Positions 37,798-49,999 of a stretch of DNA of 64,000 bases are shown here, piece by piece. The notes under the pieces were generated by a model. The model ran no database searches, was not told the origin of the DNA, and saw only the letters and a program-made list of their open reading frames with translations. Position 1 is the first letter of the stretch. Every line of letters begins with the position of its first letter. Origin of the DNA: Candidatus Stammera capleta (GTDB taxonomy: Bacteria > Pseudomonadota > Gammaproteobacteria > Enterobacterales > Enterobacteriaceae); contig CP144782.1 in assembly GCA_036689285.1 (NCBI GenBank), positions 129,580 through 193,579 on the forward strand, given 5' to 3'. The translations under genes and the position numbers were made by a program.

Positions 37798-38502
37798 ATG
37801 TATAAAAATATAATAAAATATAAATATTATTACTTAATAGGAAATAATATAAAAAAAAAAAATATATATAAAAATAATTTATTAAAAATAATAAAAAAAA
37901 AAATCAAAAATATTAAAATATATAATTTTTTTATAAATAAAAAATTTAATTGAAATATTATAACAATTGAAATTATAAATAAAAATATTTTATTTAAAAA
38001 TAAATTTATAATTATAAATATTATAGAAAATATAAAAAATTTTAATTTATTATGTAATAAATATATATTTAATATAAAAAATAAAAAAAATATATATATA
38101 TTATTTAATTTCGAAATTTTTATTAATATAAAAAATATAATAAAAAAAAAAAATTCAATTATTATAGATTTAAATAATAAATTTAAAAATAATATAATAT
38201 ATAAAAATAAAAAAATAAATAAAAAAATTATATATTTAATAATATATATAAACAAAAAAAAAATAAAATCTATTATAAAAATTTTTTATAAATTAAAAAA
38301 TAAAAACATTAAAAAATATTTTATTTTAAATATTATTTTTAATTATTTTATAAAAAATATAAAAAAAATAAATAATATTAAAAATATAATTAAAATAATA
38401 AATATTTTTTATATATATGAAATAAATTATAAAAAAATAAATAAATTATCATGAAATGATTTAGAATTAATATCTATTTATATATCTAAAAATATTAAAT
38501 AA
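37798..38502 (+). CDS. holA: Candidate DNA polymerase III delta subunit (very divergent), otherwise hypothetical
   Basis: I checked a 235-codon frame codon by codon and found it open, with two TGAs. It occupies the leuS-lptE-holA position. YYYLIGNN...NFFINKKFN-W-NIITIEIINKNILFKNKFIIINI loosely parallels E. coli HolA AAYLLLGND...TFSIDPNTDWNAIFSLCQAMSLFASRQTLLLLL. It is shorter than HolA (234 aa versus 343). Confidence 0.45.
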
Positions 38503-38503
38503 A

Positions 38504-40321
38504 TTAAAAAATTTTTAATCTATTAATAATATTATTAAATTTTAAATTATCTGTTTCAATACTTTTAATTAAAATATCAATTTTACCATATATAATTATA
38601 TTTTTTTTTGCTCTACTTATTGCAGTATATATAATATTATTATTTAATAAATAGCTAAAATCATTAGGTAAAACAAATAAAACATTATCATATTCAGAAC
38701 CTTGAGATTTATAAACTGTTATAGCTCATGAATTAATTCATGTATTATTTAATACATAAGGATGAAAATAATTCTTAAAATCATTAAAAATTATTCTTAA
38801 TTTATTATCTTTATTTAAAACAAAAAAACCTAAATCTCCATTAAATAATTTTAAATCATAATTATTTTTAGTAAATAAAATAGGTTCTCCACAATAATTA
38901 TTAATTTCATTATTAAAATATATATTTTTAATTAAATTATTTTTTATTAAATATCTATTAATAAAATTATTTATAAAAAAAATACCATATTTAGTATTTT
39001 TTAATAAACAAATAATTTGATTTTTATTAAAAAAATATAATAAATTTTTTTTATTGAATTTTTTTCTAATGAAATTTATATAATTAAAATATTTATTTAT
39101 ACATAAATTTAAAAAAAATTTATAATTAAATTTATTAGAATCATAAAAATTTATATTAGATGAAAAATTTTTATTTAATAAAAATTTATCTAATTTATTA
39201 AAATTTTTATTTTTAATTAAATTTAAAAATAAACTTAAATTTTTATTTTTTTTATAACGATAATTTTTCTTTAATAAATAAAAAATATCTTTATAATATA
39301 AAAAATAATTATAATAATTATTTAATTTACATTTTTTATATATAAAATTACCAATTTCATTAAAAATTGATCCAGGTTCTATTGAACCAATTTGATTATT
39401 ATCACCAACAAAAATTATTTTTGTATAATCATTTAATGAAGATAAAATATTAAACATATTAATCAAATCTACCATAGAACTTTCATCAATTATTAAATAA
39501 TTAGTAATAATTTTATTATATTTATTAAAATTTATATAATTATTTTTATAATTAAAACCTAAAAATTTATGTATAGTATAACATTTATTAGGTAATTTTT
39601 TTTTAAAATTATCACTAATATTTAATTCATTTAAAATATTATTTAAATATTTAGTTAATCAAACAGATGACTTACCAGTTGTAGAAAGTATTACAATATC
39701 ATTTCTAAAATTAAAATTAAATATTTTATATAAAATTATAACTAATTTAATTATAAATATACTTTTACCAGTACCAGGAAAACCTGAAATAATTGTAATT
39801 TTATTAAATAAAATATTTAAAATAATATTTTTAAAATATTTATTAATATTAAAAATTTTTATATAATAATTTAATTTTAATAAACATATATTTTTATTTA
39901 ATTTAATAAAAATATTTTTATTTAAATAATTAACTACATAATTTTCATAATATCAAAATTTATATAAATAAATACTATTATTATATAAAACTAAAGGAGT
40001 ATAAATTTTATTATATCAAATACTAATAATATTATTATTTATCATTAAATTTATACATTTATTTAAACTTAAATAATTATTAAAAAAAAAATATAAAAAA
40101 TCAATTATATAATTTGAAAAAAAATTTTTATTTAATATTTCATTTAAAAATAAACAAACATGTCCTTTTCTATTAGAAAGACTAATTAAAGAAGAAAATA
40201 ATATATAAACACAACTAAAATTATTATTAAAATCAAATAATTTAGAAAAATAAATATCAATTAAATTCATTTCTTTATTTTCTAATGCATTTAATAAAAA
40301 TTTATTAACTTTATTTTTCAT
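38504..40321 (-). CDS. recD: Exodeoxyribonuclease V alpha subunit RecD
   Basis: RKGHVCLFLNEI ~ GEGHVCLPLSRL, Walker A ISGFPGTGKS, LIIDESSMVDL, IFVGDNNQIGSIEPGSIF, FNGDLGF, and the C-terminus AITVYKSQGSEYDNV...IYTAISRAK. 605 aa versus 608. I verified the 3' part codon by codon. Confidence 0.92.
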
Positions 40322-43300
40322 AAAATATTTTCTTTTTTTTAAAAAATTTACTTAATTTATTAATTAATTTAAATTTAGGTTTGATAAAATAAATACCCGT
40401 TATACTAATATTATTTGTATCTAAAAATAAACCTCTTAAAAAAATATAATAAATACCACCAAAATTAATATTATAATTATAATTATTTAATTTCATTTTT
40501 AAAAATTTATGTAAAGCTAAAGAATACAATTGATATTGTATATCATATCTGTTTTTACACATTATTTTAAACATATTTATGTTATTATAAAATGTATAAT
40601 GATTATTAATTCAATTAGTTTTATAATCAATTATATAATATTTATTATCTACAACAAATATTAAATCTATTACCCCATTTAAATATCCATATAATTTAAA
40701 ATTTAAATCTAAATTATTACAATTTTTAGAAATTAAATCATATTTATTTATAATATTTGTATAATTAATAAAATTTAATTTTTTTGAAATATATAAAAAA
40801 AAATTAAATTCTTTAAAAAAATAACTAATATTTTTATTATATAAATTTATATTTATATATTTTAATTTAACATTTAATAAATTTAATATAATATTTTTTA
40901 TTATAAAAAATAAATTTTTACTTATATTAAATTCATTTAATTTTAATAATATAAAATCAATATTTATTTTTTTTTTAAAATTTAAATTTTCTAATAAATT
41001 ATGAAAAAAATTACCTATATTTTTTCCTCTTGGTAAAAATATATTATTATTATTACATTTATTTAAAATATTTTTATATAAATATTTTATTTTATTTTTA
41101 TTAAAATATATTCTTTTTTTTATATTAGAATAATTAAAAATATTTTTATATAAAATATTATTAAAATTTTTATAAATATTTTTATCCTTAATTTTATTTA
41201 ATAAATTAAAATAATAAAATATTTTTTTTTTAATAAAATTATTTATATTAATTATTTTAATATATATAAATTTAAAATTAAATTCTTTCTTTATAAAATA
41301 TTTTAATTTTTTAAAATTATATTTTTTATTAATACCTAAAATATTATTAATATATATACTATCAAAAAATATATTTTTATTACCTAAATTATATATAAAA
41401 ATATTACATTGATAAATAGATCTAGTTATAGCTACATAAAAAAGTCTCATTTCTTCAGAATATATCTCTTCTAACATTAATTTTTTATTAAATTTATTTT
41501 TATATAAATCAATATTTAAAATAAAATTTTTACGATTATGATAATAATAAAATTTATTATTTTTTTTAAGTACTATTAAAAAAGGTAATCAAACAATATT
41601 ATATTGTAAACCTTTAGATTTATGTATAGTAGAAATATTAATTGAATCAATATTATAAAAAGATGATCTAATATTATATTTATAATCTAAAACATTTAAA
41701 TTATGTAATTTATCTTCAAATCATTTTAATAATAAAAATTTATCATTTAATTTTAAATATTTTTTTTGTAATATTTCTGATAAATGAATAAAATTTAATA
41801 TATATTGATTTTTATTTTTTAATGTATTTAAAATATTTTTTTTACTATTTAAAATAAATTTAATCATAGAATAAAAACTATAATTATTTCAAATATCATA
41901 ATATAAATAAAATTCCTCTATAATATTATTATAATTTTTATTATTATTAATATATTCATTAACATTAAAAATATTGAATCCAAACAAAAAAGTTAATAAA
42001 GTATTCTTCAAATTTATTTTTGATATTGGAAATAAAATTGATCTTAAAATACATATTAATTCTTTAGATTCTAAAGTATTAAAAATATTAATTTTATTAA
42101 AATTTGATAAAATAGGTAAATTAAATTCCTGAAAAATATCTAAAATTATATTAATATCTGAATTACTATAAACTAATATACAAATATCAGAAAAAATAAT
42201 ATTTCTTTTATTTAAATTTTTATCTAATATAAAATTTTTATTATTATTTAATAATTTAATAATCTTAATAGCACAATATTCAGCCAATTTTTTTTTCTTA
42301 TTTAAATTTTTTAAATTTTTAAAAATAAAAATTTTTATAGAATAATCAATAATATTTTTATTTAAAATATATAATTCTTTATTATATTTATAAGATTTTA
42401 ATTTTAAATAAGGTATATTTTTAAATATAAAAGGATTTTTGATTTTTTTAAATAAATAATTAATACTTTTATTTAAATAAAAAGAAGAACGCCAATTTAT
42501 ATTAAGAGTATAAAAAAATTTAATATCTTTTTTAATACTAATATAATTAAATATATTAGCTCCTCTAAAAGAATATATTGATTGTTTAGGATCCCCTATT
42601 AAAATAATTTTAGTCTTAAATAATGAAATATTATTAATATATATTTTATAAAAAATATCATATTGATTAATATCTGTATCTTGAAATTCATCAATTAAAA
42701 CAATTGGATAATTTTTTCTAATATAATTAATAAATAATAATTTATTATCATTATTTAAAATATAATTAAATTTAAATATTAAATCATTAAAACTTATTAA
42801 AGATTTATCTAATTTATTTTTTCTTAAATTTTTTTTAATAAAATTTATACAATCTATTAATATATAATTATATAAATCTTTAATTTTTAGTAATAAATAA
42901 TCTATATAAATAAATATAAAATTTTTATCAATAAAATTTTTACTATTAAATTTTAATAAATAACTATAACTTAATTTATATAAATTCTTAGGTATATTAA
43001 AATTTATAGTTTTTTCTTTAGATCATAAATTTATACTAATAAATAATTTATTTAAATATTTTTTGCTAAAAATTTTATCTTCAAAATATAAAAAATATTT
43101 ATATAAAAAATTATTATTTAATAATCATTCTTTTTTAAAATTATTTATAACATTAATTATATTATAATAACAAAATTCAATATTATTATAAATTTTTATA
43201 TTAAAATTAAATTTTATTTTTATAAAATTTAAAAAAATAATTATATCTTTAAATAAAAAATAATAATTTGATCAATATTTAACTATTAATATAATAATAT

Positions 43301-43826
43301 TTTCAGATAAAACAGATAAATATTTATATCAGTAACAAATTATTAATTCATAAATAAAATTATTTTCATCAGATAATATTTTAGAATTAGTATCTATATT
43401 AAATTCCAAAAAATTACTAAAAATTATTTTTTTACAAAATCCATGTATAGTAAATACTGAAAAATTATCTATTTGATATTCTAATTGTATTAATTTATTA
43501 ATAATATTAGAAATATTTTTAATATATTCAAAAATATATTTAATTTTATTATCTATACAATATTTATTAATACAAGATAATTTTAAATTTCTTATATTAT
43601 TTAATATTCTTTTTTTAATTTCTAATGTAGCTAAATCAGTAAAAGTTACTATTAAAATATTATTTATTAATAAATTATAAAAATTTTTATCAATATTTAT
43701 ATTTAATAAAAATCTTAAAAATAATAATGATATAATATTAGTTTTTCCTGTACCTGCAGAAGATTCAATAAAATTACTTTCATACAAAATACTATTTAAA
43801 TAATTAAAAACATTAAATTTATTCAT
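40311..43826 (-). CDS. recB: Exodeoxyribonuclease V beta subunit RecB (helicase-nuclease)
   Basis: FIESSAGTGKTNIISLLFLRFLL (Walker A), LIGDPKQSIYSFRGANIF, LIDEFQDTD, IHKSKGLQYNIV-W-LPF, LFYVAITR, and the nuclease end GVIDLIF..YYIIDYKTN and YDIQYQLYSLALHKFL. 1171 aa versus 1180. I checked segments 41478-41888 and 42288-43328 codon by codon; they are open apart from TGA. Confidence 0.93.
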
Positions 43827-43829
43827 AAA

Positions 43830-46800
43830 TTAATAATATTTAATTTTTAAAAATTTTAACATAGGACATAATCATTTTTTAGCTTCATTAAAAATAATAT
43901 TATAATTTATAATATAATTATTTTTTATTAAATAATCTATATATAAATTACTTAATTCTCCATTAAAATAATTATTACCATACATAATTTTATTAATTTT
44001 AAAAAATAATATTTTATATAAATTATTATTCTTATAAATACAATTATTATTAAAATCATAAATATTAAATAATAAAAAATTACTACATTTAGGTAAAAAA
44101 CATAAAGGATATTTAATACCATATAAAAATCCATTTATATAAAAACATAACATATCTTTAGCTAAATTAAAATTTAATTTTTTAAATATAAATATATTAT
44201 TATAACCATATAATATACTTTCTTTCATACCACCTAAATAACAATATATTAAATGATCAATTCAAAATAATAAACCATCTATTAAATTTAAATTTTTAGG
44301 AATTCATTTATAATGACATTTAAATTTATTAATTTTTAAAAATCCATAAATATTAATATTATTTATATAAATAGAAAATTTATAATCTTTAAATAATAAA
44401 CATTTATTTTTTATACAACTAAAAATTTTAATAATTTTATATTTTTCAATATTTCATAATATTTTACCAAAATTTCCTAAAGGTATTAAATTTAACATCT
44501 GTAAATATAAAAAAAAATTATTATTAAAAATCTTTCCATTTAATAAATAATTAATAAAAATTTTTCTATAAAAATAAAAATTTTTTATATTAAAATCTAA
44601 ATAATTAAATTTTAAAAAATTTTCAAATTCATAAAATTTAATTTTTAATGAATAATTAAAAAAAAATTTTATAGGATTAAATCAAAAATTATGTAATTCT
44701 TTTAAAAAAAATTTTTTTTTTATATTTTTATAATAAAAAATAATATTCTTATTTAAATTTAAATTTTTATTATTTAATACAATATTATTATTATTAATTA
44801 TAAAAATTTTTTTTTTATTTAAATTAAAATTAAAATTAAAATTACTATTAATATAATTTAATAAATTATCTAATAAAATAGATGGAAAACATTTACTAAA
44901 ATTATCTAAAGACATATTTAAATAACTTATATATAATATATTTTGAGCTGATAAACAATATTCTAAAAACATATATTTTTCATTTTCTATTTTATTTCTA
45001 TCTCCAATTTTAGGATATAAATACATTAAATCAAAATTACAATTTATTATACTTTTAGGATAAACATTTAAATTCATACCTAATATACAAATCACTTTAA
45101 ATGGTATAGAACGTAAATGTAAAAAAGAACTAAAATTTATACTATTTAATGAAAATTGTTTAAAATTTTTATTTTTAAAATAAATACATAATATTTTAAT
45201 AAATAATTTATTATCTATTTTTTTTTTAAAATTTACAATATTAAAATCATTTAATAAATTATTTAAATATATATCATTTAAAAAAAAATAATTATTAATT
45301 AAATTAATATCAAAAAAATCATTAATAATTTCACTACAAATTAATATTCAATTATTAAATGTAAATTTATTAAATAAAATCTTTTTTCAATAAAAAATTT
45401 TAAAAATAAAATGTGAAAATTTACCAATTAAATTATTAAAATAATTATTATTTATAAAATTAAAATTAATTATATTATTTCATATAAAAAATTTTTTATT
45501 AACAGCATATCCTAATAACAAACTTTTTATATTATCAATTAAACATGAACTATTTAATTTATCAAATAAAATTTTATCAAAAATAAAATTTTTTATATCC
45601 CTTAAAAAACTAATATTATTAATAAAATTTAATAAAATTTCTAATTCATTATTATCTATATTAAATTTATTTAAAATAATTTTATTTTTTAAAATTTTTA
45701 AAAATTCATAAGTATTTAAATTTAAATCTTTAATATTTAATATTTTTAAAAAAAAATTAAAAATATAATTTTTATCATTTATATTTTCATCTATTATAAA
45801 ATATGAAATTATATTTTTATATCTAAAATCTGAAAAAATTAAATTTATATAAAAATAATATTTATTAATATCTGTAAATACAACTATAATTTCATTAAAT
45901 TTATATTTTTTTTTTACTATTAATTTTAATAAAAATTTTTTTAGTTCATTAACTTCATTTAAATAACCATAACAAGATTTTATAATAATAGATTTATCTA
46001 AATATTTATTATTATACTTAATTTTTTTATTATATTTTTTATCGTTAAAATATAAAATATTTTTTTTTATTTTATCTAAAATATTATTATTAAATACTTT
46101 ATTAAAATAACTTATTTCTAAAATATTATAATTAAATATTAAATATAAATATTCAGCAAATATTTTACTATAATATAAAAACATAAAATTTATATTATAT
46201 ATAGAACTATTATATAATAAATCATTATTTATATTATTAAATAAATTAATATCATATCAATATTCTTTACATGGATTTATTAAAAAATAATGAATATTAA
46301 TATATTTAGAAATATAATATATTATATCTAAATATAATGGAGGTAAATTATTAACATTAAAAATAAAAATATCTTTATAAATATTTTTAAATAAATTATT
46401 TTTTTTTAATTTTAAAATATATAAAAATTTTAATAAAACTCTAGATCTATGTAATTTACAATTAAATTTTAAAAAAAAATAATTAACTATTTTTCTTCAT
46501 AAAATAGATTGTCATATCTGATTTAAATTATCTATTTTAGTATTTAAAATATTTTTTTCTCAATTCATTAATAAATCATATCTATATACTAAATATTTAT
46601 CATATAAATCAGCAATCTTAACAGATAAATTAAATAATTTATTACAATCATAATCATTTAATAAATATTTTTTTAAAATATAAAATTCTTTTCTATTAAT
46701 TAATTTAGGTAATAAAATCATTATAATAAAAATTAAATTAAATTTATTATAATAATTAATATCTGATATATTTAATAAAAATTTTTTACATAAATTTCAT

Positions 46801-47003
46801 ATAAATTGTGCTGGTAAAAAAAACTTAAAATTTGCAAAAATATTTAAATATTTACTAAAAAAAGTTTTTAATTTTAAAGATATATTATTATTTGATATTA
46901 ATATAATACTATTATGATTAATATAAATATTTTTTTTTTTATAAATATATAAAAACATATATTTTAATATTTTAAAATCATTTGATTGATATAATATAAA
47001 CAT
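43830..47003 (-). CDS. recC: Exodeoxyribonuclease V gamma subunit RecC
   Basis: MFILYQSNDFKIL...FKFFLPAQFI-W- matches E. coli RecC (MLRVYHSNRLDVL...IDFPLPASFIW). Four ORF-track fragments share one frame. I checked segment 46185-46796 codon by codon; it is open apart from TGA. 1057 aa versus 1122. Confidence 0.88.
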
Positions 47004-47539
47004 TATTTAAATTTTAAAATTTTTTTTATAAATATAATTAATATACATAATAAACTATTTAAAAATAAAGATAATAAAAAAAATATAACACAAAAATAAT
47101 ATTCAAATTTCTTATTCTTAAACAATAAATATAATGGTAATTTTATATATATATTAAAAGGTCAAAATAATTTAACACCTCTATATGTAAACATATCAGA
47201 TAATATATGACTAATATATCCTAATATAAATCCATATTTAATATCTAATGGTATAAATTTTAAATTAACTAAATTAAATAAAAATAAATATAACAATATT
47301 ACAAATATTAAACTATGTGTTATATTTCTATGACCAAAAAAATTATATATAGAATAAGAAATAAAAATAATTTTATTACCTACAAAAGACTTAAAATGAT
47401 CAATATCAGGTAATAAACTAGATAATAAACTAGAAAAAATTATATGTCAAATATCTATTTTTAAATTATTAAAATTAAAATATTTTATAAAAAAAATACA
47501 AAAAGATAAAGAAAATATCAAATGATTATTAAAAGACAT
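47003..47539 (-). CDS. ydjM: YdjM-family inner-membrane metal-dependent hydrolase (DUF457)
   Basis: Not in the ORF track (TGAs). SLLPDIDHFKSFVG, FFGHRNITHSLIF, LGYISHILSDMFT and KLF-W-P match E. coli YdjM (CLLPDIDHPKSFLG, AFGHRGFTHSLLA, LGYLSHILADMLT, PLLWP). 178 aa. Confidence 0.72.
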
Positions 47540-47657
47540 TTTAAATTAAAAATAAAAATTATATTAAATAATTATAATAATATATATAATATTAATTGTT
47601 TATATAAAATTATAAATATATTAAATTATACTAATAAAAATAAAATTAAAAATTAAA

Positions 47658-48884
47658 ATGAAAAAATTTATTATTAAAAATGATCATAGAACAATAAATA
47701 AAAATATAAATATATATTATATAGATAAAAAAAATCCAGGTATTATATTTTGAAAAAAAAATGGATTAATTATAATAAATCAAATAAAAAAATTAATACA
47801 AGAAAAATTAAAAAAATATAATTATCAAGAAGTACAAACAGCACATTTAATACCTAAAAAAATATGAAAAAAAAGTGGGCATTTTAAAAATTATAAAAAA
47901 TATATATTTAATATTAATGAAAAAAAAAATAAATTATGTTTAAAACCTATGAATTGTATAGGACATATTAAGTTATTTAAACAAAATATTCAATCATATA
48001 AAAATTTACCTATTAAAATATTAGAATTTGGATTATGTCATAGAAATGAACCTTCAGGTTCATTATTAGGACTAATGAGAACAAAATCATTTATTCAAGA
48101 TGATTCACATATTTTTTTACAAAAAAAATATCTTAAAAAAGAAATACTAAAATCAATATTTATAATTAAAAAAATATATAAAATTTTTAAATTTAACAAT
48201 ATATATATATATATATCTACAAGACCTAAAAAATATTTAGGAACAAAAAAAAAATGAAAAAAAATAGAAAAAATATTATTTAAATTATTAAATAAAAAAA
48301 AAATAAAATTTAAAATAAAAAAAAAAGAAGGAGCATTTTATGGACCTAAAATAGAATTTTTATTAAAAGATATATCAAATAAAAAATGACAATGCGGTAC
48401 TATTCAAATAGATTTTAATTTACCTAAAAAATTAAATTTAACATTTTTAAATAAATATAATAATAAAAAAAATCCATTAATTATACATAGAGCTATATTA
48501 GGTTCATTAGAAAGATTTATAGCAATATTAATAGAAAAAAATAATGGTAAATTACCTATTTGATTAACACCTATACAAATAGTAATATTAAATATTTCAA
48601 AAAAACATATTAAATATACAAATAAAATATTAAAAATTTTTAAACAATATAATTATATAAGAATAATAAAAGACTTTGAAAATAAAAAAATAAATTTTAA
48701 AATAAGAAAGTATACTTTACAAAAAATACCTTATATGATAATATGCGGCGATAAAGAAATACTTTTAAATAAAATAAATATAAGATTCACATTTAAAAAT
48801 GTGAATAAATTAAAAAATATTAATTATTTAATAAATAAAATAAAAAATAAAACTAAAAAAATATTTAAAGGAGAAAATTATTAA
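47658..48884 (+). CDS. thrS: Threonyl-tRNA synthetase, catalytic plus anticodon-binding domains only
   Basis: DHRTINKNINIYY...PGIIF-W-KKNG, CLKPMNCIGHIKLF, LEFGLCHRNEPSGSLLGLMRTKSFIQDDSHIF, EGAFYGPKIEF, -W-QCGTIQIDFNLP, IIHRAILGSLERFIAIL and IPYMIICGDKE align with E. coli ThrRS residues ~242-642. There is an in-frame TAA 12 codons upstream of the ATG. Confidence 0.92.
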
Positions 48885-49413
48885 AATTAATAAAAACAAT
48901 ACTAAAAGATATATATTTAAAATAAATAATAATATTAAATCTTACAAAATAAGAATAATAGGTAAAAATATAAAAAAAAACAAAATAATAAAAACTAGTA
49001 AAGCATTAAATATAGCAAAAAAATTAAATATGGATTTAGTAGAAATTAATTCTAAAACAAATCCACCAATATGTAAAATATTAAACTATGGTAAATTTAT
49101 ATATAAAAAAAATAAAAATTTTAAAAAAAATAAAAAAAAAATTTTAACTATTAAAGAAATAAAATTTAGACCTAATACTAATATAAATGACTATAATATA
49201 AAAATTAAAAAAATTAAAAATTTAATAAAAAAAAAATATAAAATAAAAATTATTATAAGATTTAAAGGAAGAGAAATAATACATAAAAATATAGCTATAA
49301 ATATGTTTAATGAAATCAAAAAAGATTTAAAAAAAATATCACAATTAGATTTCTTTAATAATAAAATAGAAAATAAACAAATGATAATGATTTTCACACC
49401 TAATAAACAATAA
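48880..49413 (+). CDS. infC: Translation initiation factor IF-3 (ATT start)
   Basis: INNNIKSYKIRIIGKN...ALNIAKKLNMDLVEINSKTNPPICKILNYGKFIYKK...KEIKFRPNTNINDYNIKIK...IRFKGREI.H....ENKQMIMIFTP matches E. coli IF3. No ATG, GTG or TTG is available upstream. AAGGAG at 48868-48873 is followed by ATT ATT. A start at 48880 gives the same N-terminal spacing as E. coli. Confidence 0.85.
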   Translation: MKINKNNTKRYIFKINNNIKSYKIRIIGKNIKKNKIIKTSKALNIAKKLNMDLVEINSKTNPPICKILNYGKFIYKKNKNFKKNKKKILTIKEIKFRPNTNINDYNIKIKKIKNLIKKKYKIKIIIRFKGREIIHKNIAINMFNEIKKDLKKISQLDFFNNKIENKQMIMIFTPNKQ

Positions 49414-49422
49414 TAATTAAAT

Positions 49423-49620
49423 ATGATAAAAATTAAAACTATTAAATCAATTATTAAAAGAATAAAAATTACTTCTCTAAAAAAAATAAAATTTAAACGT
49501 TCAAATACACGTCATATATTAACAAAAAAAAATAAAAATTATAAACGTAAATTAAAAAAAAAAAAAATAATAAATAACAAAAATAACAAAAAAATAAAAA
49601 AATGCATACCATATATATAA
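49423..49620 (+). CDS. rpmI: 50S ribosomal protein L35
   Basis: MIKIKTIKSIIKRIKIT...RHILTKK...CIPYI matches E. coli L35 (MPKIKTVRGAAKRFKKT..RHILTKK..CLPYA). Confidence 0.92.
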   Translation: MIKIKTIKSIIKRIKITSLKKIKFKRSNTRHILTKKNKNYKRKLKKKKIINNKNNKKIKKCIPYI

Positions 49621-49635
49621 ACTAAAAGGTTAAAT

Positions 49636-49992
49636 ATGATAAGAATTAAAAAAGGTAAAATTAATCATAAAAAACATAAAAAAATATTAAAATTATCTAA
49701 AGGATATTATGGAGCTAGATCAAGATGTTTTAAAACAGCTAAACAATCTGTAATTAAAGCAGGACAATATTCATATAGAGATAGAAAACAAAAAAAAAGA
49801 TATTTTAGAAAAATATGAATTATGCAAATTAATGCAAAAGTTAGACAATATGGTATAACATATAATAAATTTATAAATAATTTAAAAAAATTATCATTAA
49901 AAATAAATAGAAAAATATTATCTAATATAATTAATAAAAATAAAATATTATTTAAAAAATTAATATTAATTATTAAAAAAAAAATAAATTAA
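49636..49992 (+). CDS. rplT: 50S ribosomal protein L20
   Basis: [45 protein letters not shown] matches L20 ([46 protein letters not shown]). Extended through TGA at 49816-49818. Confidence 0.93.
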
Positions 49993-49999
49993 ATTTTAA

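Noticed and set aside
37830-38255. Minus-strand 141-aa ORF.
   Set aside because: It is antisense to the 235-codon plus-strand frame that I verified as open (holA candidate). It has the typical T-rich antisense composition.
40311-47003. recB, recC and about 30 other genes look like fragmented pseudogenes in the supplied standard-code ORF track.
   Set aside because: All fragments of each gene share one frame, and the interruptions I checked are exclusively TGA. Many of those align with conserved Trp. Reading UGA as Trp restores products within a few percent of E. coli lengths. These are intact genes, not pseudogenes.
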